Shown here: positions 52,224-62,113 of the stretch, one piece after another
Numbering within the stretch: position 1 is the first letter of the stretch
How the letters are laid out: each line of letters begins with the position of its first letter
Assembly (NCBI GenBank): GCA_963841125.1
Contig: CAWJBH010000010.1
Span: forward strand, 161,049 to 225,048
Source: an uncultured Acidobacteriaceae bacterium
GTDB lineage: Bacteria > Acidobacteriota > Terriglobia > Terriglobales > Acidobacteriaceae
DNA: 64,000 nt
Direction of reading: 5' to 3'
Notes under the pieces: generated by a model
The model's database searches: none
Told to the model about the DNA's origin: nothing
Seen by the model: the letters and a program-made list of their open reading frames with translations, nothing else
Translations under genes and position numbers: made by a program

Positions 52224-54704
52224 CTACGCCCCACTCCGAATCCGCATCCCATAAAACGACCGGTAAACAAAGAAGAACGAAACCAGAAAGAAACCCAAAG
52301 CCAGCACATTGGTGATCATCGGCCCCTGGTTATTGGTAAGCGTAACCGCCAACTCCACCGCCAGCAATCCAAACAAGGTAGTGAACTTGATGACCGGATT
52401 CAAAGCCACCGACGAGGTATCCTTGAACGGATCGCCCACCGTATCGCCAATCACAGTAGCGTCGTGCAGCGGAGTCCCTTTCTGCTTCATCTCCACTTCC
52501 ACAATCTTCTTCGCGTTGTCCCAGGCTGCACCGGCGTCGGCCATAAAGATTGCCTGATAGAGACCGAAGATCGCAATGGAAATCAGATAGCCGATGAAGA
52601 AGAACGGCTCCACGAAGGCGAAAGCCAGCGTGCCGAAGAACACCGCGATAAAGATGTTCAACATCCCCTTCTGCGCATACTTCGTGCAGATCTCGACCAC
52701 CTTCTTGCTGTCCGCCACCGAAGCCTTCACCACGCCATCCAGCTTGATGTTCGCTTTGATGAACTCAACCGCCCGGTAGGCCCCGGTAGTAACCGCCTGC
52801 GTAGAAGCTCCAGTGAACCAGTAAATCATCGCGCCGCCCGTAATCAATCCAAGAAAGAACGGAGCGTGCAATAGCGAGAGCTTGTTTACGTCCGCGGTAA
52901 GGCCGCTGGTGAGCGCCATGATGATGGAAAAAATCATCGTGGTAGCGCCCACCACAGCCGTGCCGATCAACACCGGCTTGGCCGTGGCCTTGAACGTGTT
53001 CCCCGCGCCATCATTGGCCTCGAGCAGGTATTTCGCCCGCTCGAAGTTCACTCCCATGTTGTAATCCTTCTTGATTTCCGCCTCCACGTTCGGCACCGAC
53101 TCGATCAAAGAAAGTTCATACACCGATTGCGCATTGTCGGTAACCGGCCCATAAGAATCCACCGCAATGGTCACCGGACCCATGCCCAGAAATCCAAAAG
53201 CCACCAGCCCAAAAGCAAACACCGCCGGAGCCAGCATCGTCGCCGCCCCCGCCAGTCCCATCGTGCTGAAGTAATAAGCCACCGACATCAGCAGGACCAT
53301 CGACAGCCCCAGGTAGTAGCACGAAAAATTTCCCGCCACAAACCCCGAAAGAATTCCCAGCGACGCCCCGCCTTCCTCCGCCGAAGTAACTACTTCCTTC
53401 ACATGCCGCGATTCCGTCGAAGTAAACGACTTCACCAGCTCCGGAATCAGCGCTCCCGCCAAGCGTTCCGCAGGAAATAATCACCGCCAGTTTCCACCAC
53501 TGAGAAATGTCCCCACCCAGCTCCGGAATAATGAAGTAAGACACCAGAAACGTCAGCCCGATCGAAACAATCGAAGTCAGCCATACCAGCGTCGTAAGCG
53601 GCGTCTCGAAATTCATTTCATTCGCGCTGCCAAACCGCGCCTTCGCGATAGTCGCATTCAGGAAGTACGAAACCGCGCTCGCCACCAGCATCATCACGCG
53701 CATCACAAAAATCCAAACCAGCAACTGCACTTGCACCGTAGGACTCTTCACCCCCAGCAGAATAAAAGTAATCAGCGCCACGCCCGTGACCCCATAAGTC
53801 TCAAACCCGTCCGCCGAAGGCCCCACCGAATCCCCAGCGTTGTCGCCAGTGCAATCGGCAATCACGCCCGGATTCCGCGCGTCGTCTTCCTTGATCTTGA
53901 AAACAATCTTCATCAAGTCCGACCCAATATCGGCAATCTTCGTAAAAATGCCGCCCGCAATCCGCAGCGCCGCCGCCCCTAAAGATTCGCCAATGGCAAA
54001 TCCAATAAAGCAAGGCCCGGCATAATCGCCCGGAACGAACAGTAAAATGATCAGCATGATCAGCAATTCCACGCTGATCAGCATCATGCCAATGCTCATG
54101 CCCGGCCTCCAGCGGAATCTGATAAACCGGAAACGGTTTCCCCGGCAAAGCCGCAAACGCGGTCCGCGAATTCGCAAACGTGTTCACCCGAATGCCAAAC
54201 CACGCCACGCCATAGCTTCCGCCAATCCCCACCAGGCTGAATCCCAAAATAATCGCAACCCGCATCGCTTCCATATGCTGCAGCACGCCAAAATAAAGCA
54301 GAATGATGACCGCAATAAACGCCCACAGCAGCAAAATGAATTTCCCCTGCGTCACCAGATAGGTTTTGCAAGTCTCATAAATCAGCTCTGAAATCTCCCG
54401 CATCGACCGATGCACCGGAAGATTCTTCAGCCGCATATAAATGACCATGCCAAACCCCAGCCCGAAGATGCAGAACAGAATCCCAATCATCAACAGCCGA
54501 TGCCCGTCGATCGCCCACTGCAAAAACGGCACCGACGAAAGGTCAGGAAGTTTCAGCGAAGCCTCGCCGCCGGCCTCGCCAGGGCTGGGCCCAAGCCCGC
54601 CCGGCGCCCAATCCCACGAGCGCCGCCAGTCCCAAAGTCTTCCCCACCACTCCGGACGCCGCGCGGCATCCTTCAAACGCAGCAGTAGCCAGCCAAGTAC
54701 GCAT
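52224..54704 (-). CDS. hppA: Membrane-bound H+-translocating pyrophosphatase, at least 3 frame switches
   Basis: GGAGG 7 nt upstream of the ATG at 54704. GGIFTKIADIGSDLMKIV, DDARNPGVIADCTGDNAGDSVGPSADGFETYG, DSYGPVTDNAQ, NTFKATAKP, AGAAWDNAKK, and GDTVGDPFKDTSSVALNPVIKF. Confidence 0.93.
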
Positions 54705-55029
54705 AATGAGTCCTCCAAATGATTTCGGTTTTTTCAGGAATACTGAAGCGGTGTTGTGTGATTGTCATCCTGAGCAAGCGTTCCGGCGACGCCGCGAAGG
54801 ATCTGAGCGAGCCGCGCGAAGTGTCGCGTTCGTTGCGACACAATAATCGCGCGTTTGGCTCGCTTCCCTGAATTCCGAACACGCTTCCACCGCAAAACAA
54901 GAACGGAGTGTTGGAGCTTGGCCGCGTCGGAGGTAAAGCGCCCGAGCCGGAAAATAAACTCCGCCCGGACACACGACCTCAAAACAGGCGTTTATAACAC
55001 TTTCGCAACAAACGGGTCAATCGGGGAAC

Positions 55030-55292
55030 CAGTGGTCAGTGGTCAGTGGTCAGTGGACAGAAAAAACAGGCAGCAGTATCAAGCACCAGAGATCCTAAAT
55101 GTGGGAACAGGATGTGGGGAATGGGAACAGGATGTGGGGACAGCCGCCCTCAGCCGTCCGGCCGAGCAAAGCTCGCCGTTTTGTGACTTACCCTCCCAAC
55201 CCCGAAATCCACCACGGAGATCTGCTCCGCCCCCCAGCGCTTTTCACTGACCACTGACCACTGACCACTGACCACTAATCACTGACCACTGC
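55030..55292. repeat. Composite element: (GTGGTCA)n array, 185-bp interior, inverted (TGACCAC)n array
   Basis: Left cagtggtcagtggtcagtggtcagtggacag (55030-55060). Right cactgaccactgaccactgaccactgaccactaatcactgaccact (55245-55292). The interior holds a 19-bp direct repeat tgggaacaggatgtgggga x2 (55102-55140) and a GGACAGCCGCC hairpin (55138-55177). Confidence 0.8.
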
Positions 55293-55750
55293 CTACCCCA
55301 GCCACTCCCAAGCCTCCCGATACCCCTCCCACCGCGGATTCCGGCTCTTCAAATCCGGAAAAAATCTCAAACTCTTCACCCCTACAAAAGCCGCGATCGG
55401 CAGCAGATACCAGACTTCTTTCTCTTCCGCAATCACATGCGCCGCCAGCACATCAATATCGCTCGCCGTATAAGTTTTCTTCCCCTCGCCCCGCGTAGAA
55501 TAAACCGGCTGCACATCATATCCCCCGCGATACAACCGCCCCGTACCCTTAACCTGCACCCGCAAAACCGCCCGCCCGGCCGCGCCCACACGATAAAGTC
55601 ACACTTCTCGCTGTCTCCCCAAGGCACCGCCAACCCAAACCCCAACGCCTGCGCCCGCACCAAAAACGCCCCCTGCGACAACTCCCCCATCCGCTTAGGA
55701 TTCCCCCAAGCCCGCTCCCACCACCGCCCATCCGGATCCTCCACCGCCAT
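55293..55750 (-). CDS. Small stand-alone PD-(D/E)XK nuclease (group-I-intron-endonuclease-like family), one frame switch near 55575; start uncertain
   Basis: NPKRMGELSQGAFLVRAQALGFGLAVPWGDSEKCDFIVW joins VLRVQVKGTGRLYRGGYDVQ...YTASDIDVLAAHVIAEEKEVWYLLPIAAF...LRFFP. D...(Q/E)VK nuclease core. Confidence 0.6.
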
Positions 55751-55992
55751 AATCCAGGAAACAAATCCCGGCACCCCTCCATCCCCGCCGCCATCCGCTC
55801 GCCGCCATTCCAACGCATCGACATTCCGAATCCTCCCTGCACCCATGACCAACATGAAAAGCATAAGCCCTTCCCATTTCGGACCCATGTGACATCCAAC
55901 CATCCCAACCCTGTGGAAATAACCAAGAATCGTGTGGAGGATGTGTGGAAGCGGGCGCACCCGCCCGCTGTTCGTTGCCTTCGATCGCCTTG

Positions 55993-57495
55993 CCCGTGTG
56001 GAGCGGACACTCCTGTCCGCTGCTTTTGACGTTGATTTTGACTCTGCCTTTTGACTTTGATCCAGACTGCAGGGGAGCGAAGATTCGTATCAGCGTATGC
56101 CTTCAGGCATACCGAAAGCCAACACCACCGTGGAAGAGCGGCGCTTCAGCGCCGCGCAAAGCCACCCTAAATTAACCCTTGTCATTCCGAACAGGGCCAA
56201 AGGCCCGGTGAGGAACCTGCTGTTGACTTTCGCCGCCACCCCGCACCCGTGTAGAACGGACACTCCTGTCGTTGCCTTTGACGTTGATTTTGCCTTCGAC
56301 TGCGACCGCACCCTCCTAGACGGGGTGCCCCATTTCTCGCGTCCTTTGCGAGAAGTGGGAACCACGGATGCCCGCAGCGCCGTTCTTGAAGTTGATGCTG
56401 CCTTTGACCTGGAAAACTCGTATCAGGATATGCCTTCACGCATACCGAACCCCAACACCCCCGCGGAAGAGCAGCGCTTCAGCGCCGCATAAAGACACCC
56501 TAAATTAACCTTTGTCATTCCGAACAGGGCCGCAAGGCCCGGTGAGGAACCTGCTGTTGACCTTCGCCACCACCGCGCCGCCCGCGTGGAACGGACACTC
56601 CGTCAGTTGCTTTTGACGTTGATTCAGGATTCGTATCAGCGTATGCCTTCAGGCATACCGAAAGCCAACACCACCGTGGAGAGCGGCGCTTCAGCGCCGC
56701 GCAAAGCCACCCTAAATTAACCCTTGTCATTCCGAAAAGGGCCAAAGGCCCAGTGAGGAACCTGCTGTGATGTTCGCCGCCACCCGCACCCGTGTAGAAC
56801 GGACACTCCTGTCGTTACCTTTGACGTTGATTTTGCCTTCGACTGCGACCGCACCCTCCTAGACGGGGTGCCCCATTTCTCGCGTCCTTTGCGAAAAGTG
56901 GGAACCACGGATGCCCGCAGCGCCGTTCTTGAAGTTGATGCTGCCTTTGACCTGGAAAACTCGTATCAGGATATGCCTTCACGCATACCGAACCCCAACA
57001 CCCCCGCGGAAGAGCAGCGCTTCAGCGCCGCGTAAGGCCCACCAAACCCCAGCCGCAAAGCGGCGAAAGAATGCAGCCCACGGCGCAAGCCGTGGGTAAA
57101 GCAGAAAAAGAGAAACGAGCCCCGCAGGGGCGGCAGAGAAATCGCCCGTGTGGAACGGACACTCCTGTCCATTACCCTTGACGTTGACTTTGAATTCGAC
57201 CGCACCCTGATCAGAAGAGGGTGCCCCATCTTTCGCGTCTTTTGCGAAAGGTGGGAACCACGGAAGCCCGCAGCGCCGTTCTTGATGTTGATGTCGCTTT
57301 TGACCTTGAACAATTCGTATCAGGGTATGCCTTCAGGCATATCGAAACCCGGCACCACCGTGGAAGAGCGGCGCTTCAGCGCCGCGTAAGGCCCACCAAA
57401 CCCTAGCCGCAAAGCGGCGAAAGAATGCAGCCCACGGCGCAAGCCGTGGGTAAAGAGAAAAGGGAACAACCAAGTCCCGTAGGGACGGAAGAGAC
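55993..57495. repeat. 1.5-kb ORF-free mosaic of nested and tandem hairpin repeats
   Basis: Near-identical direct copies at 56082-56488 and 56628-57031 (offset 546 to 543 nt, about ten differences by eye). A diverged third module lies at 57145-57390. gcccaccaaaccc.agccgcaaagcggcgaaagaatgcagcccacggcgcaagccgtgggtaaag is duplicated at 57036 and 57389. All listed ORFs here translate repeats. Confidence 0.85.
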
Positions 57496-57496
57496 G

Positions 57497-57973
57497 CTAG
57501 GCATCGTCATCCTCAGCGTCCTCAGGATTCGGCACTCCGCTCGTGTCCTCTCTCCCAGTCAGCATCAGGGCCTGCATCTTGTTTATCAGCTTAGCCGCTC
57601 CACGGTCCAGGCGTGCTTTCACAAACTTGGGCTGCGAACTGTTCGCTGTGGGCATAGATGAAATCAAGATGGCCTCTACTTCATCCCGATGAGAGGAGTC
57701 CTTGATGTGAAAGGCGGAGAAGTAGTTCCAAAAGTTATACCGTCGAGCATTAGGCTTTAGCGCGTGATTACGAAGGCGTTTAAGGAGTGTCGTACCTGTC
57801 TTGCCGATGTAATAAGGCACGTCGTCACGATAGAGAACGTACACTCCTGGCTCGTCGAGATTCTTCTCGAGAATAGGTTTCCCATCCTTCATGTGAAACA
57901 ATGCTCGAGGCCACATTCTGAGAAACTGGCTAGCTTTGAATTTTGGCTTCATCGGAAAACCCTCCATTCGCAC
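57497..57973 (-). CDS. Small GIY-YIG nuclease-superfamily protein, intact, low G+C
   Basis: GVYVLYRDDVPYYIGKTGTTLLKRLRNH (GIY...YIG...R) and downstream RDEVEAILISS (Glu). Acidic tail. Two 60-nt lines I counted (57661-57780) are 45-48% G+C. Confidence 0.65.
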   Translation of the reverse strand: MRMEGFPMKPKFKASQFLRMWPRALFHMKDGKPILEKNLDEPGVYVLYRDDVPYYIGKTGTTLLKRLRNHALKPNARRYNFWNYFSAFHIKDSSHRDEVEAILISSMPTANSSQPKFVKARLDRGAAKLINKMQALMLTGREDTSGVPNPEDAEDDDA

Positions 57974-58006
57974 TGCCGCTACGCGCTGTGACCCTAATAA
58001 TCTTGC

Positions 58007-60139
58007 TCACTTCACCCCCAACTGCCACCACAAAAACGAATACATATCCGTCAACTCCTCAATCCGTTTCCCCAAAGGCATCCCCTCCCCATGCCCACCC
58101 TTCGATTCCACCCGCAACAAAACCGGCCGCTTCGAAACGCTCTGCATCAAAGCCGTCATCTTGAAAGCATGCATAGAATCCACCCGTGAATCCGAATCCG
58201 CCGTAGTAAACAAAACCGCCGGATACTCCACTCCCGCGCGAACATGGTGATAAGGAGAATAAGCATAAAGCCACTTAAACTGCTCCGGATTCTCCGCGCT
58301 CCCATACTCAGAAATCCAAAGCCGGGCAATCTGAAAATTCTGATAGCGCAGCATATCGAGCAAAGGCACCGAACAAACCACAGCCCGAAACAGCTCCGGA
58401 CGCTGCGTAATCATCGCCCCCATCAGCAACCCGCCGTTCGATCCACCCTCAATAGCCAGATGATTCGCGTCAGTATATTTCTCGGAAATCAAATACTCCG
58501 CAGCCGCAATCATGTCGTCAAAAACATTCTGCTTCTTGTCGAGCATCCCAGCCCGATGCCAGTCCTCCCCAAACTCCGCACCCCCGCGCAAGTTGGCAAC
58601 GGCGTAAACCCCGCCACGCTCCAGCCAAAGATAAATGTCGCTCGAGAACGAAGGCGTAAGACTGATGTCAAACCCTCCATACCCGGTCAAGAGAGTCGGA
58701 TTCAGCCCGTCCTTCTTCAATCCTTTCTTGTGCACCAGAAACATAGGCACGCGAGTCCCGTCCTTCGAGTGAAACCACTCCTGCTCAACTTCATAGGCTG
58801 AGGGATCAATCCCCGGCGCGTCCACCTTGGCCCAAAGTGAAGTAGATCCTTTCTCCAAATCGTAACGGTAAATCGAAGGAGCAACCGTGAATGACTCGAA
58901 TCCATAGAACATTTCATCATGATCCCACTTGCCGCCAGAGCCAAAAATAGTCCCGATCGCCGGCAGAGCGAGATTGCGAACATTCTTGCCCTCAAGATCG
59001 AAAACTTTCAATTCCGAACTCGCATTCTGTTCGTACTGCGCGAAAATCTTTCCGCCCCAAAGTTCCGCATCTTTCAAAACCCCGCCCGTCTGCGGAATGA
59101 TCTCTTCCCAATCGTCGCGGTCGTACTCACCCGCCTCCGTCACGAACATCCGGAAGCGCGGAGCATCTTCATTCGTAACGATGTAAACCCGCCCGTTATA
59201 AACCGACGCGCTATATAGAAAATTCTTCCCGGTAGTGATGCGCGTGGGCGGCGTGCCTTTCTTCAAATCCATCAGGAACAACTCGGTCTTGGTCCAGCCC
59301 TGCGAAACCGTGATCAGCAGCATCCGCCCATCGTTGTCGAGGCGAACCTCCGGCCAATCCTCCGCATCACGCCCTTCCCCAAAGATCTTCTGATCGCTCT
59401 CGGCATCAGTCCCCAGTTCGTGAAAAAACACGCGCCGGTTGTACTGTTCTTGTCCCTCGGGAACATCCCCCTTTTTCGGATAACGTGTGTAATAAAAACC
59501 AGAGTTGTTGGGCATCCATGCAATGCTGGCCGCGCGAGTCTGTCCAATCGTGTCCGGCAACAGATTCCCCGTCTTGGTCTCAATGACGTGCAAAGTGCTC
59601 ATCTCCGATCCACTCGAAGAAGTCCCATAAGCAACATACTTCCCGTGGACCGCAGGCTCGAACCAGTCCAGAGCAACAGTTCCATCAGCCGCAAGCAAGT
59701 TCACATCGACCAGCACGCGGTCTTTCCCGTCAATCCCTTCCCGCACATAAAGCACAGGCTGATTCTGCAATCCGTCCCGCCGCGTATAGAAATAATATTT
59801 CCCGCCAATCCGCGGCACCCCAATGTCGCCGATATGAAGCAGGGAAGTAAGCCGCGCATGAATCGCCTCCCGCCCCGATAGCGGATCAAGCAATGCCCGC
59901 GTATAAGCCATCTCCTCCCCAACCCACTTCCGAGTCTCCGGACTAGTCGAGTCCTCCAGCCACCGATATTTATCGCTAACCTTCGTCCCGAAGTAAGTCT
60001 CCTCCAGCGGCCGCACCTCAGCCCGAGGAGGACCACCCGAGGCAGCCCCAACCGGCCCAGAACCCTGCCCCCCCGCGCCCCCACAAACCGCCAAAACAAA
60101 AACCACCAAAGCCAACAACCAACCACCTCCGCCGCCCAT
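58007..60139 (-). CDS. Prolyl oligopeptidase (S9A family), intact, probable lipoprotein
   Basis: Start taken at MGGGGGWLLALVVFVLAVCGG. DKYRWLED, beta-propeller region, IEGGSNGGLLMGA (GxSxGG nucleophile elbow), DSRVD, and GGHGEG. Confidence 0.9.
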   Translation of the reverse strand: MGGGGGWLLALVVFVLAVCGGAGGQGSGPVGAASGGPPRAEVRPLEETYFGTKVSDKYRWLEDSTSPETRKWVGEEMAYTRALLDPLSGREAIHARLTSLLHIGDIGVPRIGGKYYFYTRRDGLQNQPVLYVREGIDGKDRVLVDVNLLAADGTVALDWFEPAVHGKYVAYGTSSSGSEMSTLHVIETKTGNLLPDTIGQTRAASIAWMPNNSGFYYTRYPKKGDVPEGQEQYNRRVFFHELGTDAESDQKIFGEGRDAEDWPEVRLDNDGRMLLITVSQGWTKTELFLMDLKKGTPPTRITTGKNFLYSASVYNGRVYIVTNEDAPRFRMFVTEAGEYDRDDWEEIIPQTGGVLKDAELWGGKIFAQYEQNASSELKVFDLEGKNVRNLALPAIGTIFGSGGKWDHDEMFYGFESFTVAPSIYRYDLEKGSTSLWAKVDAPGIDPSAYEVEQEWFHSKDGTRVPMFLVHKKGLKKDGLNPTLLTGYGGFDISLTPSFSSDIYLWLERGGVYAVANLRGGAEFGEDWHRAGMLDKKQNVFDDMIAAAEYLISEKYTDANHLAIEGGSNGGLLMGAMITQRPELFRAVVCSVPLLDMLRYQNFQIARLWISEYGSAENPEQFKWLYAYSPYHHVRAGVEYPAVLFTTADSDSRVDSMHAFKMTALMQSVSKRPVLLRVESKGGHGEGMPLGKRIEELTDMYSFLWWQLGVK

Positions 60140-60261
60140 AAGCACCTCACAAGACCCAGCCCCAGCGCACGCTCCGCGATACACACACAATATTTTCAGA
60201 CCGCACACCAGGATGCTATGATAAACAAAACAAGCGCGCGCTCCGCGCGCGCTTCACAACA

Positions 60262-60337
<76 letters not shown>

Positions 60338-60841
60338 TTTCATTTCGGAGAGTTAGTGCATTGTGACGTTCTCCATCTTCGCTGGCTTTTTTTTAAGGGT
60401 CCCGAACGAATATCGAACTCCTCGCTGACGTCTGAGAACACTCAGTTGTTGCTTAAGTTGCTTAAGCTGAAAAACTGCACGAGGTCCGACACGGGATTTT
60501 TCGCTTCCCCAAACAGTTAGTTGCTGAAGCATCGACCAGCCGGTTTTTCGCATCTCAGTTGGTCAACATGAGGGCGCTTCTTTCCATCCTGATCGCTTTA
60601 GTTCTTCTTCCCGCCCAGGGTGATGCCAAATAACAAAAACCGACGACGAAGCGATAGCGTTGGCGCGTCTGTTCGAGAATCGTGAGGCCGGTGGGTTAGA
60701 ATACATCCATTCGGGCCATAATCGCAGTCTTACCCTAGGAGGATGATAGCGACGACAGAGCGGGCGAGAGGTTCGTCAGGTTCGAGCTTCTGCTTGAGAT
60801 CTGTTTCGCGACACAGACAGCGCGCTTTGATCCCAACCCTT

Positions 60842-62113
60842 ATGCGCTCCAGCTACTTTCGAATATTCGCCCCGGCGGCGATCTCTTTCCTGCTGCTAGC
60901 AGGAACCGCTGGCGGGCAGAGTACGACGCTGATCAGTCTGGACCAGGCAATTGATCTGGCGCTGGCGCACAACCATTCCATCAAGGCTACGCGAACTCTG
61001 ATTCTTCAAAATCAGGCGCAGGAGATTACCGCGAACCTGCGTCCCAATCCGACTCTGGGAGCTGACAGCCAGTTCGTGCCATTTTTCAGTCCGCAAGATT
61101 TCTCCGGCGACAATCTGAATGAAACTCAGCAGTTCGATGTTGGGATCGGATACCTGTTCGAACGCGGCCACAAACGGCAGCGGCGCCTGCAGGCTGCCCG
61201 CGACCAGACGGCCGTAACACGTGCGCAAGTCACCGACGCTGAGCGAACCCTGGCTTTCAACGTGGGCCAGCAGTTCGTCAGCGTTTTGCTGGCGGAATCC
61301 ACTCTACAGTTCGCGCTCCAGGACCTGAAGGGCTTCCAGCAGACGGTCGACATCAGCGAGACGCAACTCAAAGCCGGATACATTGGGGAAGGCGACTATC
61401 TTAAGATCAAGCTGCAGCTTCTGCAGTTTCAGACCGATGTGTCCTCGGCCCGGCTGGCGAAGGTGCAGGCGCTGGTTAGCCTGCGCGAGTTTCTGGGCTA
61501 CAACGCGGTGCCCGCCGATTTTGACGTGATTGGCGATCTGGCATACCAGCCCCTCAAGGCGAATCTGGAAGACATGCAGGCGAAGGCACTGCGCGAGCGC
61601 CCCGATTTTCGTGCTGCGGAGCTGGGGATGACGGCGGCGCAGAGCCAAATCCTTTTGGCCAAAGCGAACGGCAAGGTGGACGTAAACGGTACGTACGACT
61701 TTACTCATGTTTCCGGCGAGAACACTGCTTCGATCTTTGTGAATTTTGAGTTGCCGATCTTCAACCGCAATCAAGGAGAGATTGCACGTACGGGTTATGC
61801 GCTCACGCAGGCGCAAGAGCAGCAACAGGCGGCCAGCGATACGGTTCTCTCCGATGTGGCGAATGCTTATGAGGCGGTGAGGAGCAATGACGAAGTGGTG
61901 CAGCTCTATACTTCCGGATACCTCAAGCAGGCGCAGGATTCACGTGACATCAGCGAGTATGCGTATAAGCGCGGCGCCGCCAGCCTGTTGGATTTTCTTG
62001 ACGCCGAGCGCAGCTACCGGTCCGTTCAGTTGGCTTACCGTCAGGCGCTGGCCTCTTATATGACCGCTCTTGAGCAACTGAAGGAAGCTGAGGGAACGAG
62101 GAATCTGCCATGA
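60842..62113 (+). CDS. TolC-family outer membrane efflux protein (CzcC-like), intact
   Basis: Start taken at MRSSYFRIFAPAAISFLLLAGTAGGQ. SLDQAIDLALAHNHSIKA, two repeats of the OEP pattern, and GAASLLDFLDAERSY. The ATGA overlaps the next gene. Confidence 0.85.
   Translation: MRSSYFRIFAPAAISFLLLAGTAGGQSTTLISLDQAIDLALAHNHSIKATRTLILQNQAQEITANLRPNPTLGADSQFVPFFSPQDFSGDNLNETQQFDVGIGYLFERGHKRQRRLQAARDQTAVTRAQVTDAERTLAFNVGQQFVSVLLAESTLQFALQDLKGFQQTVDISETQLKAGYIGEGDYLKIKLQLLQFQTDVSSARLAKVQALVSLREFLGYNAVPADFDVIGDLAYQPLKANLEDMQAKALRERPDFRAAELGMTAAQSQILLAKANGKVDVNGTYDFTHVSGENTASIFVNFELPIFNRNQGEIARTGYALTQAQEQQQAASDTVLSDVANAYEAVRSNDEVVQLYTSGYLKQAQDSRDISEYAYKRGAASLLDFLDAERSYRSVQLAYRQALASYMTALEQLKEAEGTRNLP

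Noticed and set aside
55945-57406. ORF-track entries inside the repeat mosaic (for example 55945..56175, 56097..56492, 56966..57313, 57150..57389)
   Set aside because: They translate the repeated hairpin modules on both strands and recur with the repeats. They have no start context and end in the repeat-borne stops (…EERRFSAA*). I treat them as non-coding.
55993-57495. CRISPR array
   Set aside because: The repeats are of several different sequences and lengths. The 'spacers' are themselves repeats, there is no constant repeat-spacer period, and no cas genes are present in the window.
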